Positions 37,023 through 50,273 are shown, counted from the first letter of the whole stretch. The stretch is 57,893 nt of DNA, filler included, from Sphacelaria rigidula (GCA_964200075.2; 8 parts of 8 records of this genome joined end to end with filler, not necessarily neighbours in it); one strand, 5' to 3'. A program made the numbers and translations. Notes: a model not told the origin generated them from the sequence alone.

Positions 37023-37923
37023 CTGATGGCGTTACAACAGCATTTACGAGCGAAAACGAGGGCCATGCATGAGGGGTGAGGTCGAGCATTGCGTGTGTCG
37101 GCGTAAAATAAAAATGCTACAAGCGAACATACACAGCAGTAAGCGGGCACAGCTAGCAAGCTTCCCATCTCTACTGACTCCAATGTCACCGTTGATGACG
37201 GAATATACACAAGCACACGGGATCAGTTACTTCTTCTCCCTCGACGTTATCGCGAGACACTTGGCTGCACGCCCGTGAGACCTTGTTCATCGGCACCGTT
37301 TGACGGCAGATGTGTAGCAGCACGGGACATAGGCGGCGTAGTTGCCCCAGTTCACGAGCAAAGCGGCAACAAGACAAAATCATCACCTATTACACTGTAG
37401 GAGGGCGGTACAGTCTGTCACCTACGGTAGAACAACAGGCGAGAGCTACCGGTATGTATGGGAATACTGTAGAAAAAGTCACACTTCGTAGGAAACGGCC
37501 AAATTTGTGTTTTCACGCAAGACACGTCACGCACAACACGACCCGACATTCACCAGTACGTACCAACAGAGCAATATAGCACCAATGGTGAGCTGTGTGC
37601 GTGTTTGTGACGTTGTTCGCTCTTGCCTCGTGTACATACCGAATATCGCAGAAAAACGAAAACAAGAAACGCGAATATATACTCAACCGACCATCCTAGG
37701 CTGTCCGTTACATTTTTGACGTATTGTATCACCACCAGTAAGCTGTGTATGCTCCGCACTGTGCATTACCCAACCTACACCATGCAACTGCAGCGTCAAC
37801 ATAGCCTTCGCGTATCCGTGGAAGCACAGATTTGAGTGCCCTTATCCCCTTACTGTATTGGAACAGCCGACGCGTGACCAAGGGCGACAGGTACAGTACA
37901 GGAAATACTTGGTAGAATCTCAC

Positions 37924-38050
37924 CGCTGGAGACCAGGACGTTGTCGGGCTGGACGTTTCGGTGCACCACGTTGTTGCGCACCAAGTGGCCCACGGCGGAG
38001 ATCAGCTGTACCGCGCACCTACTCGCCTTGAAACTCTTCACGTCCACTTT
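37924..38050 (-). CDS. Kinase-like gene exon: catalytic loop (HRN)
   Basis: TTTCACAG acceptor, GTGAGA donor; 127 nt, phase 0 to 1; KVDVKSFKASRCAVQLISAVGHLVRNNVVHRNVQPDNVLVSS. Confidence 0.9.
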
Positions 38051-38848
38051 CTGTGAAATTGGATATCATGTATCATCGTCGTCAGTAGTAGTAGTAGTAG
38101 TAGTAGTAGTAGCAGTGTTGGGGGACAGGGGCAATGTGGGCAGTATATTTTGTGAGAGGAGCAATAACACGACACGGTCGACAACGACAATGGGGATAGG
38201 AGAGGATAAAGTACAGATGCCGTCCGTATTTGACCATCGTACTTAAAAATGTCGAATGGAGTCAATCACGGTTTCCCACTATATCAATGGGGAGACCCGT
38301 CGGTCGAGTTACATATTATACGTCGATCCCTTGATGTTGGGAGCAGACACCTGATCCCATTCACGACGATGATGGATTTTGTCTTGAGTGATGAAAGTAG
38401 GCTATCTTCGTACCCGACGCCGAACCTTCGACGAGAACGAAGAACTAAATATGAGTGGAGCAGAACCGGTTCAGTTGCCATACAATGCACAGGTGGAAAC
38501 GAGAGAGCGAGAATACCGCTAACTCCAACTCAGCGAAACCAGCACATAGCTAGAGCTCGAAAAAGTCGTGCTCGCATGCACCTGCACGTCACCTTGCAAA
38601 TGGAAGCGGATCAATATGCATACAACACGCTGTAGTCCCGGAGGCGGTCAACCTATCAACGTATGTACAGTGACAAAATAATGGCATACACCACACAATG
38701 TCCAACAGATGCCGATGGTACTTGTACGTTAATCTCAACAGCGACGCAATTATTATCCAAGATCGGGCGTTGACTGCATGAAGTGGCGTTGCTGTTCGCT
38801 ACTTTCATTTATGGTATGTGTGTTGTTGCTCTGGAGAACGACACTCAC

Positions 38849-38897
38849 CGGGAGAACGCTCATGTTCCCCGCCGCCGCCGGCATGAAAATGCACGCC
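38849..38897 (-). CDS. Kinase-like gene exon: hinge (subdomain V)
   Basis: TGCAG acceptor, GTGAGT donor; 49 nt, phase 2 to 0; ACIFMPAAAGNMSVLP. Confidence 0.8.
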
Positions 38898-39914
38898 CTG
38901 CATATGGATAAATGGATCATGTCGGATTGTGTGCGAAGGGGATAATCAGTAAGTTATGGCCAAGATCACGCGAAATCAGCCAAGCGACAAAATATTACTA
39001 AAAAGAGAAGCGCGAGTGACGCAGACACCGTTTTGTTTCTTGTATAATATATATATAAATAGTTATGAGGGCATTCTTTGCAAGTGAAATAAACGTTCAG
39101 TACAAGAGTACTGACACAAAGATATACAGCTCGTGGGGGGCAGACCTGCCTGACTTTTTATTTCTACTATTACTATGGCCTCAAGATGTGGACCTCCTAG
39201 ACTTCTTCTGTGATACCGACATGGCAACACGTACGGTTCATTAGTTACGTTTCAGCGTAAAATGATACATAAAAAGATGCATCGTGGGGCACGACTCATC
39301 TCTTCATTTTATTGGCTGGCCAGGTGAACTGAAAATGAAAGTTTGAAGAGGGAAAGTGCAGGGGGTCTTGGGCGAAAAAGTATAACTACGGCTGCGTGCC
39401 CCCGTCAAATATGTATGCATGTACATAGATATAGCAGTATGAGAGCAGAAGGGAAAATATCACGAACCCCACGCGATGGTAGCGACGCTGCTGGCGCTAA
39501 AAGAATAGCCTCGGGTGGCTGCAATCGCTCTGGTATGACCGTACATTTCACGAGAACGGCAACAGCTGAACACACAACACGTGAGGCGGAAAAAAAAAAA
39601 ACAAGAACAAAAACAAAACATACATGATCAACCATCGTACAAGAATATCCAAATGCAACAAAAAATACTTCTGCGGTGCTCAGGACGTGAAACGTAGAAG
39701 AGAAAAAGCGTCAGGAGGAAGGATCAAAACCCACATCGATCTCTCCAATGTCTTGGCCGCAGCGTGTCCAATGGCTTAACGCGGTGACCCTTTCTAGACA
39801 GTCACGAGCAAACCCTAAGGTGTAATCGCACTTGAGGCATACATGTCGATACTTGTGCTACTTCTTACAAGAGAACAACCACCATCAGCAACAGCGGCGA
39901 CGAGTCACTCTTAC

Positions 39915-40015
39915 ATGTCGTGGACTTTCACGTGGCCGAGGTACTGGACGATGAAGGGTTGGCCCTGGACTGTCTTGAGCGCCTTGATCTCCCAGTCGAT
40001 GAGGAGCTCCTTGTC
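39915..40015 (-). CDS. Kinase-like gene exon: alphaC and beta4
   Basis: CTCTCCCAG acceptor, GTAAGA donor; 101 nt, phase 0 to 2; DKELLIDWEIKALKTVQGQPFIVQYLGHVKVHD. Confidence 0.88.
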
Positions 40016-41522
40016 CTGGGAGAGACAGATACACCACAACCAGCGTACCAACGCCTTAACATATTATACGCTTTCCAAAACTCTTGCCGTGGATACGTTC
40101 ACACGACAATAACGCCTGTTCGAACACTTGGTCGTGATAACAAGTTTCAGGTGAATAGTTTGTGTAGAACATAACTTAAAATATCTCCAAAAAAAAGGTG
40201 TCGCATGTCCTGAATCCGTACGCTCTAGGGAACTCATATCACTCAAATATCCGGCCAAAAAATCAGGTATGGGAGTGTGAAGGGCTGATGATGAAAAATT
40301 CAATAATTTCCTAGTCGTAAAGGTTCCTAGGGTAATAAATTATTAGTTGCTAGGGTAATTATTAGTTACCTTGTGTGTGATGATAGCTCTACTCTACTCA
40401 CGGTGCACACAGTATCAAGAGGACACTATCTCCTCCAGAGGCAAGGACACAAGAGAGTGTTCTTGGCAAAGCGCGAAGTGGAGAGCAAAATCCGGCCACG
40501 TACTAAGGACCTAAACTTTCCAGGTAAAAACGGCTGGGTCTTTTTTCCCGACCCCAAGAGGCACGGAGGAGCATCACAACTATGTGCCATGTCGCAGCCA
40601 TGCTAGTAGCCCCTCTGTAGGGCCCCTCACAAGAGACAGTTGACGTTGAGAGGGGGTGCAAGTAGCGAGGTCACTAGATCATCATCATCATCAAATATAT
40701 TCCGACCCTATTCTTACTCTTCTCTTCATGACCATCGCCATTAGTGCAATCATTGTTATCGTTGCAAATAAGAGACGAGAAAAAATGGAGTTTGATACCT
40801 TAATTGCGAACTCAGTTTCCGTTACCATAATCACTCCTTTGGCTTTAGAAACAAAACGTTCATGATCGGCAAAATGACTACAAACGAAAGAAACGGTGGT
40901 TTTTCCACGACGTCCAGATGAGGCATAGATACAGTAGAGAGTCCAGATGAAGCATAGATTTAGAATACTAGTTTTGGTGTGTTTCTCCGGTCCTGAAATT
41001 AAGGCTCAGAGCATGAGTATTGCCCAAAATATTCCCCATGCAAACATAATTTCCCTTCGTACATATGTGCACGCATACACTACACTGTCCGTAGTTGAAT
41101 ATTTCATTCGTTGCATGTCTCACTGAAAAACGAAGACAACCTGCACAGCCTCGTACTGCCATACATACTCCATTATACACCTCGACAACAAGAAACCAAA
41201 CCCACACATACGCGCCGACGGCCGTGCGTCATCTGCTTATCGCAACTCTACTATAAAGCAGCGCAACGGAATACTTCCAGGGTGACAATTTGCTACAAAA
41301 CCCGTTCACATCTGGATACAGGTCACTTTTAACAGCAGATCGGTGAGATATGAAACCAAGTAAGGAGAACGGACAACGTCGATACTTGCGCCTGATTCAA
41401 TCGCCAATTCTCATCCTATGTCAACTCAAGGGTCTCGATTTTGGATTTTGAGAAATTACAGTCAAGTACTGTACCACTGTATAATACAAAGCATCGCGGT
41501 GTAGTTCAATGAGGAGTCGTGC

Positions 41523-41599
41523 ATCGTCCGTCCTTGGGATGGCCTTGACCGCCACCTCGAAGTGCCTGTCCCTGCCTAGTCTGATCATCCCCAGCTTGC
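41523..41599 (-). CDS. Kinase-like gene exon: VAVK motif (donor uncertain, GC)
   Basis: GAGCAG acceptor; (G)KLGMIRLGRDRHFEVAVKAIPRTDD; the best-fitting donor is GCACGA. Confidence 0.78.
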
Positions 41600-42079
41600 C
41601 TGCTCAGTGAATGTTACCAGGACGCACGGGGTAATGAACATGGAGCGGCGTGTGATGTAGCAAGGATACAGCCAGCACATCATGACATATACAAAAAACA
41701 ACAGCAAGGTCACAGTAACACAGAAAATGCAGGGGAGGGTTAACCAAAGACAACAATCACTGCCTGTAGGACATGCTTGAAATATTCACATGACCTGCCG
41801 GACAAACATTCGACGAGTCTTTCAATCAACTCGACTCTCAACTTCCATATTCATTCTGCACCGAGGCATCTCCACTTTCACCAACAGCCGAGTGCGTTGG
41901 AACATTGACGCTCAAGCCGCAGCCAACCCTGCAGGAGCGTATGGGGCAGATCGTATCTTACTTGTCCGCCAATCTCGTGCATACAGTATTCTCGTAAATA
42001 AAGCACGAAGAAAAAATGCAAAGGCACGACACACAAAACGCCCACGTACTGAAACCAACAACTGTACTCGTAGACTCAC

Positions 42080-42570
42080 CGAAGCGCCCGTCCGCCTGCC
42101 AGCCGATCGTGTGCGGCAAGTCACCACGGCACAGCTTGCGCATTGGCTCGTTCATCGCGTCACGAAGGGTGCGGGTCATGTAGTTAGCGTCCGGGGTCTC
42201 GCTGCCCTGGCCCCTCACTTCGCAAATTGCGCTCACCCTACCCCGTGCGAAGCCCTGGGCACGGGCCCTACTCTCGGCTTCCTTCATGGCCGCCTGAGCC
42301 AGCTCGCTCTGGACCTGGACACCCTTCCCCAGCTCGTCGCAAGCGTTCACCAGCTGCGCGTTGCAGTCTGTCAGCGACGCATGGTCCATCTCCAGTGCCA
42401 CGTTGCGCCGCGAGAGCTGGGCACATTGCGCTTTCTTTGCTTCCTCTGAAGCGCGGGCCCCGGCAAGCTTAGTGTCAAACGTTTGTGCTACGAGCCGTGC
42501 GCCGGCGAGCTCCGCGACGTTTGCTCGTTGCCGGCCATCCACTGCTCTCTCGAGAGCCCTGTAGCCATTT
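42080..42570 (-). CDS. Kinase-like gene exon: coiled-coil-like region and degenerate Gly-loop
   Basis: CCCCCAG acceptor, G|GTGAGT donor; A/E/Q/R-rich helical sequence ending IGWQADGRF(G), in phase with the VAVK exon. Confidence 0.78.
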
Positions 42571-43083
42571 CTGGGGGATTTGTTGCAGGCGAGTCACGGG
42601 TGGGGTTAATGGTCAGGGCGAGGGCAAGGGGTAGGGGCAAGCGGGGTTAAGGGGGAAGGGGTGCCGAACAGCAGGCACGCGTTGCTCGACACCGTGGTGA
42701 GATTCTTGGACCTGATGCTGCTCACAAACGTCATGGACAGGGGGGTGTGCAATAGCAGGATGGATCCATATTAGCGAACTAGCGGTGGGTGAGAGCAGTA
42801 CACCAGTGACATACAGTAGCTCTTTCGATGACCACGTGTGGTGTGTGAGCACTCCACCTCCTACGCAGGCCAGTACGGATATTTGCGTTCTGCGATGCGG
42901 TAGAGCGTGTTTCACACGAACTGTGAAACCAACAATGTGAACACTCAGTAGTTTTTTATGATCTCATGCCCCTGCCTTATTACCCCCTCTCTTTCATCGC
43001 AAGAACACACGACATCCATCACACCACAGTTTTCACCACCCTCTAGCACACGTGCCGCCACGCAAACGTTCAACGTCCTCACT

Positions 43084-43269
43084 TGAGGTATGCGTTGCAG
43101 ACGACGAGGTTCTGCCTCTCGGCCAGCAGCCGGTCTCGTTTCTACGCGAGTCCTGTTCTCTCCCCCTTGCCATCATGCCCGCAGCGTGTCCCACTTCAAA
43201 GGCACGACGCTCGGCCGCCGCCGCCGCCTTCGACGCTCTCCTCTCCATCTCCGTCGCGCGACGCCGTAC
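43084..43269 (-). pseudogene. Probable upstream exon of the kinase-like gene with an apparent frameshift and stop
   Basis: EMERRASKAAAAAERRAF in one frame and GLA*KRDRLLAERQNLVVCNAYLK in another; only the second matches the phase-2 donor GTGAGG. Confidence 0.45.
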
Positions 43270-45198
43270 TACCAACAGCAAAATACGATATTGCAACAGA
43301 GGCGGTGATTGGCCAGTGTCGTCGTCTTAACGTGTCGGTACGGGCAGGGGGGCGGGGGGGGCTAGGGGGGGGCAAAGAGGAGCGGGGTGGTGGGGGGNNN
43401 NNNNNNNNNNNNNNNNNNNNNNNNNNNNNNNNNNNNNNNNNTTAATTAATTAANNNNNNNNNNNNNNNNNNNNNNNNNNNNNNNNNNNNNNNNNNNNGTA
43501 CTCCTTTGTTGCTTGCCTTAGTCGTTTGACCATTGACCACGCATCCCTTTCGAGACGGAGCACGGGGGAGGGGGGGGTGTACTCATGATCATGCATGCCA
43601 TAGTAGGGGGTGGGGTGGGGGTGAGGGGGTCGCCGGGAGTGATGTCACTGCCAAGTTGGTGTATGTACCCTGTCCCTGGCCCACCAAAAAGACTTCGAAG
43701 CGAAAGAAAGTCACGATGGTTGGGGCTAAATGCACCCTACTATATATGTGGTCAAGGCGACTGAATCTAGCGACGCAGTGGAACGAGAGACGGAGCTAGA
43801 GGCATGAGTTCTGCGTACCCCTCTGTTGAGGCGGTACAGCATGCAGCGAGGTCGTGCGTAATCGACGGGAACAAACAAGCTTTGCATGGGTAGCTGATCT
43901 CCGTCGCGGAGAATTGCCCAGAACGTGTAGGGGAGTATGCAGCGGCAGCTGCTGCTGCAGACGGAGAGGCGTACTATACTGCATGTGTGGCGCAACGCCC
44001 ATGCCCTTCGAAGATAATTTGCCGCTTGCAACATAGAGGGAAAACGCGGCCCACCACGACCACAAAGGGCTGTGTGGCAAGGTGATGGGGACAATAATAT
44101 CATCCAAAGCCACTAGTGGCGGGTGGTGGTTGCCACATCCTGTTGAAAGGTCTCCACGGCAGCCTACACTGCTTGATACATCTGTACACCACCTGATGCG
44201 CACGCAACACCCGAAATACAGTTTTTACCTGCACCTGAAAATAGATTGGATGAAACTTTCGGTCTTCCTAAAAAAAAAAATCTCGTGGTTACATACGTGG
44301 ATTTTCAGCTATAGGAAGCCATTGTTTCGTGTATACACCAGACACGTTATTCCTAACCAGCCTCATTGGTCGTTTTCGAGGCCCAGTCCCACAAGGGTTG
44401 AAAACGAATTCGTTATCCTGCTCCCCCTCCCCCCCCCCACCCCCGCGCGCGCAAAAAATTATGTACTGCGGAAAATCCGTATTTGGCTGGAGACAGCTGT
44501 GGAAAACTACATCTGGGCGGGAAACAAGTGTGAGAAATGACTGTAAGGATGTTGTCAATGCCACCGCGCCCAGGTGGCCCGTCCAAGTAGAACTTGATTA
44601 CATAACATTTGCCAAGTCAAGACGGAAGGGTGGGAGTTCGAATCCCGACAGATACTGTCACGCTTAGCAGGAATTTTTGGGTGCAGCGTTGACAGCGAAG
44701 GGAGACAGGCGTAAGTGAACGGCGGAAAAAGTAGACAAACAAAGACGAGAGTTGGCGCGAGTGAAAAAAAAATATGTATATATAACGAATCATTGTGCGC
44801 CCGCCATTGCACTCATCCGGTACGTGAAGGTACTTTGTGGTTGATTTTAAGGGAGCGGACGCATAACGATTTGTCTGAGAATTACTTGCTCTTTTCGTGT
44901 AATGAATTCATACCGTACGAATCAAATTGATCCTTGGGCTTCGTTTTCATCATTTCACTGTTTCTCAGGGACCCGTACCCCAGGCACGAGGAATAATAGA
45001 GCAACATCTGTCGAGAGTTTTTCATTTTATTTTTACCTCCTCTCCTTCAAGCACTCAGGCAACAAAAAAATGAAACGCTGGATTTGGTGATTCGAACCAG
45101 GGAGGACTCGTCAGGGACCCTTGCGATATTCCCGTCAAACAAACCCCCTCACGACCAACGAATGAAACCATTCGTGATCACTTCTTCCCCGAACAAAC

Positions 45199-45345
45199 CT
45201 GCGGGTGAGCAGCGAGATTCCTGCAGAATCGGGCCGCCTCCTTGGCGCTCCTACAAACCACCGGCATCCGGACAGCGTTCAACACGCGCCTGACGTCGCC
45301 GTCGTAGAGAGCCAAGGCTTCCAGCTCCATCTCGTCATCATTCAT
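45199..45345 (-). CDS. Candidate first exon or decayed ORF of unknown function
   Basis: ATG-initiated MNDDEMELEALALYDGDVRRVLNAVRMPVVCRSAKEAARFCRNLAAHPQ followed by CAG|GTTTGT. Confidence 0.3.
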
Positions 45346-46371
45346 GATTTCCGCCGCTCGCGCCTATATTTCATCAATTCCCCGCAAAAAACCAGAGGGG
45401 GAAGAAAGGTATATATATAGAGAGAGGGAGATGTACGGGCATTTATAAACTCACACAGAGACATGAACGCAAGCGGTGACATTGAGTTCCAGGGTAACAA
45501 AAAACAAAAAAAGAACGACTTGGTGTGGATTCAAAACTTTTTATTTTGTCTATTCTGTTCCGAAAACACTAATAATCTAGGATGTATCGTAGCCAGAAAA
45601 CAAGCAGTGGGAAGAAAGTGAAAGGAAAGAAAAAAAAGGCACGAAAAATCCATCAAAGCATTCCGGAGTTTACCTCTTCTTTTTTTTCCCCAAACAGTAC
45701 AGCATGTTTAATTCATGTATTTTTTATCAGTACTGTGAATAGTCTTCTGATATCCGACCACCATTGCGTTCAGCTTAACTTTTTGCGCTTCCATAAAAAT
45801 ATGAATTGGGGGTTGGCCCAAGTTTTTTGGGTAATTGTTGCCCAATTAAACTGTTCCGAGGACAGTCACACTATTGACTGTGCCAAGAACACAGGTATGG
45901 GGAACAGAACAGCTCTGAAACCTAGGCCCCAGAGAGTGGCTGCACAGTACAAAGCTGCTATCTATTGTTGACAGCGGGTTCAAGCAAGGATGATAGACCG
46001 CGGGTCTGCACAGTCAGTTGCTGATGGGCACTGGAGAAAGTGAATAAAGACGGGTATTCTCAGAAAACGTGGGTGCGCGAAGAAAAAAAAAACAGGCCGC
46101 AAAAAAGAGGGAAGTGTACTGAGAAAAAAAGAAAAAAATAAGCATTGTAAAAAAGAAAAACTAATTTAATTATCTAAGCAAAATAAATTAAAATAACATA
46201 TTCGAGCAGTACATTTTTGGAGAAATCCATTCCCTTTTATGTTTTCCTCCCCGCAACCAGACAGAGGAGTGAATCAAAAGACATATAGAGCGGCTGTGCG
46301 ATATTTTTACACAATAATCAATCTCCTCTTCTTTCTCGGTGTTCTCCCGCTTCCCTCCCATCTTTTCTCAC

Positions 46372-46501
46372 CCTAATGCCGTGGTCACTGTCATTTGCGA
46401 GCTTGTTGACAATATCTTCCACCTCCTGCTTGGCCAGAATAGCATCCTTCACATGGTTGGCCGCAAGGGGCGAAGGATTCGGTTGGGTCTCGATGACGTC
46501 G
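46372..46501 (-). CDS. Candidate exon of an unknown helical protein
   Basis: Pyrimidine tract and AAG acceptor, GTGAGA donor; DVIETQPNPSPLAANHVKDAILAKQEVEDIVNKLANDSDHGIR; the phase-2 start fits exon 50101-50273. Confidence 0.5.
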
Positions 46502-47438
46502 CTTCACGAGGGGGGGGAAAGAGCAGGGAAAAAGCGGAAAAACACAGAAACCATAGGGACGGCGCATAAGCTTTTCGAATAGGTACAATAATATATGTAC
46601 ATGTATGTGAGGAGGGCGTATCGCTAGAGTGGTCAGAGACCCACGTGGGAGACTGCCGTCCTGATGCCGAAGGAACTCCGAGGCTGGCGATGATTTCCTC
46701 TTGAATATGTAGGCAAAAAGTGGAATCAGACTAGAAGCGGTCGCCAGAGGCGACCAGGACCTCGGGGGATGTTGGACCGTCCCAATGTTAGGCTCTTCCT
46801 GGCATCACCCCGAGTTGTCTGGTTACGTCGACATTTCAGGGTCCTCGGTAATCTCGTCCTTTCGGACTGTTCCTACCTTGTCCCTGCTTGCGCTGGGTCT
46901 TCATACATGTGTGGCATCAGTCTCTGATATGTCACTGCAAAGAGGTATCCCCCACATTAACGTGTGTCTAATTTTGTTCTCGTTTCTGCTTCGTTCCGTT
47001 GCTGTTCGTTTTACTCCATTTTCTCTCATCCGACAGGCTTTTTTGTACCACCTTCTACGTCTCCCTATTTCTGTCTCTGTCTTTTGTTTCTTGTCTCTGT
47101 CCTCGTCTCTGTCCCTCTCTGTTTGCCGCTCTCGTGTGCACGACTGGATTATGATCCAAAGGTATCAGTTCACGTGCATCAACACACCGACATGAATATA
47201 TACATACAAGCAGCGTCGTTCACACCTTACTGTCGTAAAACAGTACCCGCCCCGTACTCTGCACAACTGTGAACACGGGAAAGAATCAGGCGCCTTTCAG
47301 CACAAGCAATTGAAGTTGCACTGCTGAACGAGAGGCCCCATATATCGCTTCTTGATCTCCGCTCACTACATACATCTTAACTGCACACTGCAAGTCATCG
47401 GCAGACGGATGAGCAGATTCCATGACGATGGCTCCTTT

Positions 47439-48899
47439 CGAGGAGCCCCATATCGGGAAATCCATGCACCACCGCTACCCGCGGTCGAGAATGAGGAAAA
47501 TGCCAAATCCATTTGGGAAAAACCTTATCCTTCCTATTCCTCCACTAGTATACGGAATTGAACGACCATTTATATATCTCCAGGTTCGCCTCGACGTGAG
47601 CAGCCCAAAACCGAGGAGTTTTGGTGTGTCCGTTGTTCTTGTGGCGATCGGGGAGCAATTTTGCCGGCTGGAAAATGACTTTTGAGTCGCGGTAATCACT
47701 GGATAATGAATACCGAGTTCCGCTGGCTTTTGCAAGACCGCTTGTTACCGACCTGGCACTATCGCAGTGATACGACCGCCATGGCAAGGAGGGCGGTGTA
47801 CGACGAACAGTTATGTACTGCCACTGTGTTGTGTTGTGTGTGTGTTGTTATCTCATCTATTCTGGGCGCCGGTCTACACCTTTCGGTTTTTGTGGGCGCA
47901 CCCGCCGGGGTTACACAGGAGGGACGACAACACAGAAGTTTTTTTTTTTTCATTTGTTTTTAGTACCCCACCGTCCTTCTGCGGTGCATGCCTTCATTTC
48001 TTATTGCGAGAGGGGTTTGGCAATCCCTTTCCCTCGTCGACCGTTAGGTCGAATTTCATGTACCCACGACATAGTCGGTCTCCACTGTTGGGCATTGTGT
48101 GAGAAAAAATCCCAGATCGCTCCGAGAAATGAACCCACGACCCAACTGTCAGAAGGTTTCGAGGTTACCAACTGAGCCACCGGGGCGACCGGCTCTACTG
48201 AATGACTGAAACGTACAAGCAGTAAGTTGACTGGGTGGTGTTACCAGCCGATACGAAAATGTTCTGATATTATAGATGTGCACAATGTGTGAGTTGCAGA
48301 GAATCACGAACTTTGCCCGAGTTTGGGCAGGCAGCCGTGTCCGTACAACGCCTATATCTACATGTCGCAATTCGTACTGCACTGCGACACAAGAGAGGGA
48401 GAGGTTGCGAAGAGGAACGTTATGGCCGTGGCGTTGCGAAAAAGGATATCCGACATCGAGGTAGCGGCAGTCATGAAATGTAATTAACGTGGTATTCATA
48501 TATTGTTATTCCCGCAAGGGCAGATCAATGCAAACTCCTGGGTGCCAGGCGTGCGTGCCCACTTCACGTTCACCCCTTGCAAGACTTCTGGAATCTGGGG
48601 CACATTTCCAGCGCCGGTCTCCTCAGCGCTTTGGTCTTTACTCCCTGCTTCTGCGGACATCTTCTTCACTTGCTTCGACTTACCCCTCCAGCACCACCTA
48701 CCGTTTCGGTACACCCGGGGCAGGCCGACGTGACCGGCAAACACGTGCGATGCAGTACAGCAACTACTATCGCCATCATCCAGCGATCAGGGGGTACCCC
48801 CCTCATAAAATGGGGTAACCCCCCTCCTCCAACCCCATAATGAGGTTTGTGCGGCGGAAGAGGGGGTGGTGCATGGATTTCCCGATATGGGGCCCCTCG
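47439..48899. mobile_element. Non-autonomous Tc1/mariner-like TIR element with a nested SINE
   Basis: TIRs of about 34 bp, CGAGG(A/G)GCCCCATATCGGGAAATCCATGCACCACC; flanks TT and TG (possibly decayed TA). Confidence 0.8.
47826..48193 (-). mobile_element. Near full-length tRNA-derived SINE with a CA-rich tail
   Basis: GCCGGTCGCCCCGGTGGCTCAGTTGG head; tail ...ACAACACACACAACACAACACA. Confidence 0.85.
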
Positions 48900-49109
48900 T
48901 GCTGAAGTACTCTGCAAGATTGTGTGGAACATGACGTGGAGTGCCCAATGAAAACAGCTCCACCTGGCCTTGTGCGCCAGGTCTCCGAGGCGTGAATGCG
49001 CGGCCCACTGGATGATCATGTCGGAAGATACAATCATTTGTTGGAGGGGACCTGGAGAAATCTTCGCCCACAGTGGTTGATAAGAAACATCATGGAATGT
49101 TACAAATTA

Positions 49110-50050
49110 ACACCAACACTGACACTAACCCTACCCCCAGCCCCGACCCAAGGCGCACGAGACCCAAGGCGCACGAGACCCTCGGCCAAGGAGGGTGCGT
49201 AGATTTCCCTCGGCAAAGTGTGCGTTGGCAGACCTCGAGTCGCCGCCGCAGGCGCCGATTTCGACAAAAACACGATCCGAACGAGCTGGGTCTACTGCTG
49301 ACCTGCCCCAAATCATGATTTTTCTCAGAATTTTCTCAAGCCTAAAACCAAGTAGTCATCCCTGTCAACCTTTGTGTACGAACATTTCTTGAGATTTACT
49401 GATTTGTTCATGCTGTTGTTACTTGTCGGAAACTGTAGCCATGTACTCTACTGAGCACTATCGAACGTATACTTTTTCTATGCTCACCACACCCTCCCCT
49501 CCCCTCCCCCCCTTTCTCCCTTTCAAGAGTCATGATGTATTTGCGGGGAAGAGTCCGTCAGGACCCAATTCTCCGGTAGGGGTAACATCTCTCAGGCGTA
49601 GGCTGCTCGAATGCTATTGAAGCCTTTTCAACTTCAATTTTTCGTGCTCAATATATATATATATATTTATATATTTTTTTCCAGCACATAAATCATAACG
49701 CTAGATCATGGCAGCGGCGAAGTCGGCAGTAGCAGCACCACCACCACCATACCACAACCAACTCCTGCCTTCAGCCGAGTGTACCGGCCAAATGTCCATG
49801 CTTGATATTACTTGATTCGAATGTGTACAACGAGAGTTGGGTCTTTAGAAGGACTGACAGTCCCATGTGCTCCTCGCGTGCGCATAACGCGTTTTCGTTG
49901 AGATCGGCGCCACAGGCGCCGATTTGGGGTCTACCAAGGGCTCACTTTGCCGATGGAATGCTATGTACCCCCATTGCCCTACGGTTTTCGGTATGCGTTG
50001 GGTTGGGGTCAGAGTTAAGGGTAGCGATACCTGTAATATTGTGTCAACCA
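49110..50050. repeat. Repeat family carrying TAACCC motifs; inverted pair here and a third copy at 55137-55390
   Basis: GGCAAAGTG.GC..GACC..GGCGCC.ATTT at 49212, at about 49860-50020 (reverse complement) and at 55185; shared AAGTAGTCATCCTGTCAACC. Confidence 0.7.
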
Positions 50051-50100
50051 TAGAGATTTGTAGCCGGTACACTAGCCTTCTCGCCCTCCTAATCTCACAC

Positions 50101-50273
50101 CTGCTTCTGCAAGCATCTTCGAGCTCCTCCAGACCACCGTTTTTCTGCCAGAGGTAATCCATGTCCTGCGCCGTAGCGATTGCTGCTCTTGCTATTGCCC
50201 CTTTCTCGAGGGCAACCAGGGCGGCCTTCGCTGCATGCGACACCCTCTCCCGACTTTTGCGATTCTCAGCCAA
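50101..50273 (-). CDS. Candidate exon of an unknown helical protein
   Basis: TATCAG acceptor, AG|GTGTGA donor; 173 nt, phase 0 to 2; LAENRKSRERVSHAAKAALVALEKGAIARAAIATAQDMDYLWQKNGGLEELEDACRS. Confidence 0.55.

Noticed and set aside
41790..42449. 219-aa plus-strand ORF (likewise 54302-55066 and 9035-9571)
   Set aside because: Antisense shadows of GC-rich minus-strand coding sequence
43800..44200. Possible exon or ORF
   Set aside because: GC-rich and coding-like, but no consistent splice sites or motif found
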